The position numbers were made by a program, and so were the translations under genes. 64,000 bases of DNA from Bdellovibrionales bacterium (GTDB lineage: Bacteria > Bdellovibrionota > Bdellovibrionia > Bdellovibrionales > CAYMLA01). The first letter of the stretch is position 1; each line of letters begins with the position of its first letter. Location of the stretch: the NCBI GenBank assembly GCA_965217115.1, contig OZ244239.1:416001-480000 (forward strand). The letters are read 5' to 3'. Under the pieces are notes generated by a model. It was not told the DNA's origin. It saw nothing but the letters and a program-made list of their open reading frames with translations, and did no database searches. Shown here piece by piece: positions 60,185-64,000 of this stretch.

Positions 60185-60679
60185 GCCTTTGTTATTTGAG
60201 CCAGTTCGAATTGGTCCGACGCTCAAAGAGCAGCCCTCCCCTCCCCTCCCCTGCGATGCTCAAAGAGCAGCCCTTCCCTGCTGCCCTATCTCCCTGCGAT
60301 GCTCAAAGAGCAAGCCCTTCCCTGCTGCCCTGTCTCCCTGCAATGCTCAAAGAGCAGCCCTTCCCTGCTGCCCTATCTCCCTGCGATGCTCAAAGAGCAA
60401 GCCCTTCCCTGCTTCCCTGTCTCCCTGCGATGCTCAAAGAGCAAGCCCTTCCCTGCTGCCCCTGTCTCCCTGCGATGCTCAAAGAGCAAGCCCTTCCCTG
60501 CGTCCCTTCCTTCCCTCCCTCCCCGCCCCGCTGTTCCCAGTCAAGCGCAGATTTCAAAGCCTGTTTTTTAAATGGGTCTTTGTTATTTAAGCGAGTTCGG
60601 ATTGGTGCGATGCTCGCTTCAGCGAGCGCCGCTGCCAAACGAATGTCTGAGCTAAATAATAAAGACCCATTTAAAAAAC
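60185..60679. repeat. Long-hairpin element copy G (60563-60679) preceded by about six ~43-nt tandem units and a degenerate half element
   Basis: Unit CCTGCGATGCTCAAAGAGCAAGCCCTTCCCTGCTGCCCTGTCTC; hairpin nearly identical to copy F. Confidence 0.92.
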
Positions 60680-60810
60680 CTCCCTTTGCCCAAATCTAAG
60701 CACCGCGTTAGGGTGCATAAAACTTGTCCTCCCCCCAAATCCTGATACTAATTAATTTAGTTAAAAAATTATTTTAGATAAACCATATTAAACAAAAAAA
60801 GGCCTCAAAG

Positions 60811-61740
60811 ATGAAGATACTATTATTAATGAGTCTATCCCTATCCTCTCCCCTATTAGCTACCGCAAAAATGATACCACTAGAGTGTTTTCAGATAATA
60901 GGAACTGTTCTTACAAAGTATACTTGTAATTTCGAGGCCATTACGATTCCTGATAGTACAACTAATATTGCTGGGCGAGCATTTGCAAATAAGAACCTAA
61001 CATCTGTTAATATTCCTGATAGTGTGGCTACTATTAGTTTTAAGGCATTTACATCTAATAACCTAACATCTGTTAATATCCCTGATAGTGTGACTCTTAT
61101 TGGTTCTGATGCCTTTGCATATAATGACCTAACATCTGTTGATATCCCTAATAGTGTATCTAGTATCGGTTTTGGAGCATTTGCATATAATAAACTAACA
61201 TCTGTTAATATTTCCAGTAGTGTGAACTATATTGGTGAAAAGGTATTTACAGATAATAATCTAACATCTATTACTATTCCTGACAGTGTGTCTATTATTG
61301 GTTCTGATGCATTTGCAAAGAATAGTCTAAAATCTGTGACCATTCCTAAGAGCGTGACCTATATCGGTAGCGGAGCATTTGCAAATAATAAGCTAAAGTC
61401 TGTTACTATTTCTGATAGCCTGATTTCTATTAGTCCTGTGACATTTAAAAAGAATAGTCTAACATCTGTTACTATTCCTAAGAGCGTGACCTATATCGGT
61501 AGCGGAGCATTTGCAAATAATAAACTAAAGTCTGTTACTATTCCTGATAGTGTGACTGTTATTGATATCAGTGCATTTGAAGACAACAAGCTGAGGTCTC
61601 TTACTATTCCAAGTAGCGTCACTGAAATTCGTGAAGGTGCCTTTACTAGTAATAGAATCACCCGTGTTAAATTGTCAAAATCAACACACATTAGTCATGG
61701 TGCCTTTGACAAAGGCGTAACCTATGAATTCACCGATTAA
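60811..61740 (+). CDS. BspA-type leucine-rich-repeat surface/secreted protein
   Basis: Signal peptide; about 11 22-aa repeats LxSVTIPxSVTxIGxxAFxxN. Confidence 0.92.
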   Translation: MKILLLMSLSLSSPLLATAKMIPLECFQIIGTVLTKYTCNFEAITIPDSTTNIAGRAFANKNLTSVNIPDSVATISFKAFTSNNLTSVNIPDSVTLIGSDAFAYNDLTSVDIPNSVSSIGFGAFAYNKLTSVNISSSVNYIGEKVFTDNNLTSITIPDSVSIIGSDAFAKNSLKSVTIPKSVTYIGSGAFANNKLKSVTISDSLISISPVTFKKNSLTSVTIPKSVTYIGSGAFANNKLKSVTIPDSVTVIDISAFEDNKLRSLTIPSSVTEIREGAFTSNRITRVKLSKSTHISHGAFDKGVTYEFTD

Positions 61741-61745
61741 GCAAA

Positions 61746-62270
61746 CCCTCCTTATTTAAGGTTTTGCAAGAAAACATTCCAGAAAATGCAGTCATCCCCG
61801 TAGATGTTGGAAACAACACCTATTCTTTTGGAAGATACTTTGAATGTAAGCAACAAAGTATTTTAATGTCTGGCTACTTAGGCTCTATTGGTTTTTCCTT
61901 CCCCGCAGCTATGGGTGCATGGGCTGCTGTAAAGGGCAAAAGAAAAGTTGTCTCTATTAGTGGAGACGGTGGCTTTGGCCAATACATGAATGAACTAAAT
62001 ACGGCCGTAAAATATAAAATGAATATCACTCATATCTTATTGAATAACTTTGAATTAGGAAAAATCTCTAAAGAACAACTAGCAGGTGATTGGAATATCT
62101 GGCAAACCTCCCTACACAACCCTAGTTTTGCAAAGTATGCAGAAAACTGCGGAGCCCTAGGAATACAAGTTACCAAGCTTAGCGAATTAAAAGGAGCTTT
62201 AGATCAAGCACTAGCCCACACCCAAGGCCCCTCTCTAATAGAAATTGTCACCGACGCAAAATTAATATAA
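61746..62270 (+). pseudogene. 5'-truncated TPP-dependent enzyme (pyruvate oxidase/acetolactate synthase family), C-terminal domain only
   Basis: VDVGNN, SGYLGSIGF, SGDGGFGQY...N; N-terminal and central domains absent, no clear RBS. Confidence 0.75.
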
Positions 62271-62522
62271 ACCACAATCAAATTCTAAATAAAAACCAAT
62301 ACAGTTCTCTTCACCAGTCTCAAACTCAAGTTTGTTGTTATTTACCCCTCCCCCAATGCCCGAAGAACAAGTTCTTCTCCAAGCCTCGGAGGAATATCTC
62401 CAGCACCGAAAACTTTACAGCCAAAGATTGAATTACTTGCAGTCTGAGGGGAACTTATGTATTGGTACTAAAGCTCTCGGCTAGTCAATGGTGTAGATAA
62501 AAAATAATAAAAATTATAGGAG

Positions 62523-63695
62523 ATGAATCTAATGGGCTTTTACAATGACTACTTAGATAAGAATATGGACGCCAAAAGCATAGCCGTAGAAAGAAAAAAT
62601 CAATTAGAAAAAATTCAAAAAATAAGAGGAAGAGATATCATAGTCTTTGCCTCTGACCTAACAAAGAATAACGCTCCTATTTCAATAGAGTATTCTGATT
62701 TGCTACCCTTAGAGGACCAAATCAGTAATCTTAAGAAAAAGAAAATAGATCTAATTCTAGAAACTCCAGGGGGCTCTGGTGAAGTCTCTGAAGATATTGT
62801 TGATTTACTTAGAAATAGATTTTCAGAAGTTAATATTATCATCCCCGGAAGTGCAAAAAGTGCTGGAACTATAATTGCCATGGCATGTAATGAAATTCTT
62901 ATGGGTCCAGGCTCTTCATTGGGGCCTATTGATGCACAGCTGAGGATAAACGGACAGGTACGCTCAGCGGATACCATTTTAGGGGAGTTTGAAAAAATAA
63001 AGAAGGAAATAGAGGATACAGGGACTTTAAACAAAGCTTATATTCCGATGCTCCAACAGCTATCTCTAGGGCAACTGGAACATGCTCGTAATGCAAAGAA
63101 TTTTGCTATCACATTAGTATCTGAATGGTTAGTGAAATATAAATTTCAAAATTGGACTCAACATTCATCCAATGGAAAAAAAGTCACAATAAAAGAAAAA
63201 GAAAAGAGGGCAGAAGACATTGCTAATAACTTAAGTAAGCATACCCAATGGCTTACGCATGGCCGATCTATAAAAATGCCAGATTTAAGAAAGATGAAAT
63301 TAGAAATTACCGATTATTCAACTGACAAAGTGTTACATGAAGCGATTTCTCGATATTACATCCTTCTTCAAATGACATTTCAATCTACTAATCAATATAA
63401 AATTTTTGAAACTTCAACTTCTCAAATTAATCGCTACATTGGTATAGCCACCCCCCCTCTTCCTTCTCTTGAGCAAAATAACAAGCAATTCCTTATAGTT
63501 GAGGCAAAATGTGGCAATTGTACAACTATTACTAAGCTTCAAGCTAATTTAGACCGATCAATACCTATAAAGCAGGGACACAAAAAATTTCCTAAAGATA
63601 ATTTGTTTATATGCCCTAAGTGTAGAAAAACTTCTAATATACTCGCCTTAAGGCAACAAATTGAAGCACAGGAAAAAAAGAAAATTGTAAGCTAA
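62523..63695 (+). CDS. SDH-family Clp-fold serine protease with C-terminal Zn-ribbon
   Basis: LETPGG, AKSAGT, LGPIDAQ, THGRSI; CGNC...CPKC. Confidence 0.8.
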   Translation: MNLMGFYNDYLDKNMDAKSIAVERKNQLEKIQKIRGRDIIVFASDLTKNNAPISIEYSDLLPLEDQISNLKKKKIDLILETPGGSGEVSEDIVDLLRNRFSEVNIIIPGSAKSAGTIIAMACNEILMGPGSSLGPIDAQLRINGQVRSADTILGEFEKIKKEIEDTGTLNKAYIPMLQQLSLGQLEHARNAKNFAITLVSEWLVKYKFQNWTQHSSNGKKVTIKEKEKRAEDIANNLSKHTQWLTHGRSIKMPDLRKMKLEITDYSTDKVLHEAISRYYILLQMTFQSTNQYKIFETSTSQINRYIGIATPPLPSLEQNNKQFLIVEAKCGNCTTITKLQANLDRSIPIKQGHKKFPKDNLFICPKCRKTSNILALRQQIEAQEKKKIVS

Positions 63696-63702
63696 CTATG
63701 TT

Positions 63703-63909
63703 ATGGTACAAGAGGTTATGGTGAATGATATTAAATTTAAAATTATAAATAATGATAGCGTTATAGACTCTCTCACAGAGAATCTCACGCAAGACACTAG
63801 TATTTCTGAAATATGCTCAGAATCTCAAGAAGTGGCAGACACACTAAAAGACTTGAACCAAAATATATTAAGCCATGATAGTGATGTTATTATTTATACA
63901 AATTCTTAG
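63703..63909 (+). CDS. Small acidic hypothetical protein
   Basis: 7 bp after the protease; start may be 63718 (GAGG RBS). Confidence 0.45.
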   Translation: MVQEVMVNDIKFKIINNDSVIDSLTENLTQDTSISEICSESQEVADTLKDLNQNILSHDSDVIIYTNS

Positions 63910-64000
63910 CACTCCTACTAATTATTTAGAATCTGCTTTTTCTGCCCGTGGCATTTTAGTCAGCTAGGGTGTAAATTAAATGTTTTTTAATCTATAAAAA

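Noticed and set aside
60189..60699. Overlapping ORFs and CRISPR-like periodicity in the 43-nt repeats
   Set aside because: No variable spacers; the ORFs are repeat translations (likewise 58559-59022, 11883-12104, 12964-13146, 31366-31572).

Overview
Bacterial chromosomal window. Gene content and many orphan secreted proteins suggest a Bdellovibrionota-like organism (inference). The housekeeping backbone includes hutG (partial), a fused 2-oxoacid dehydrogenase E1, yceD-rpmF, trpS, metG, two 6-pyruvoyltetrahydropterin synthase (PTPS)/QueD paralogs, psd, scpAB, dapD, carbonic anhydrase, CusCBA-type efflux, trmB, nhaA and an acyl-CoA dehydrogenase. Three things stand out. (1) A radical-SAM + ArsM + Pst-like ABC transporter + glycosyltransferase operon directly behind rpmF, a probable arsenosugar/organoarsenical pathway with its own transporter. 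(2) An AT-rich accessory region at tRNA-Leu(GAG). It contains an integrase-less island bounded by an 18-bp att repeat that encodes AbiJ-NTD-TIR + HamA + HamB + a HEPN-like protein, followed by secreted orphans, a CheD/CNF1-like deamidase and an OLD-family nuclease pair. (3) A family of at least seven non-coding long-hairpin elements with a conserved asymmetric core (GCTCARACAT...AACTCGC) inside unrelated but complementary outer stems. Most carry a one-sided purine-rich tandem-repeat tail, and several bracket secreted-protein genes like a cassette array. All calls come from reading the sequence; no database searches were run.
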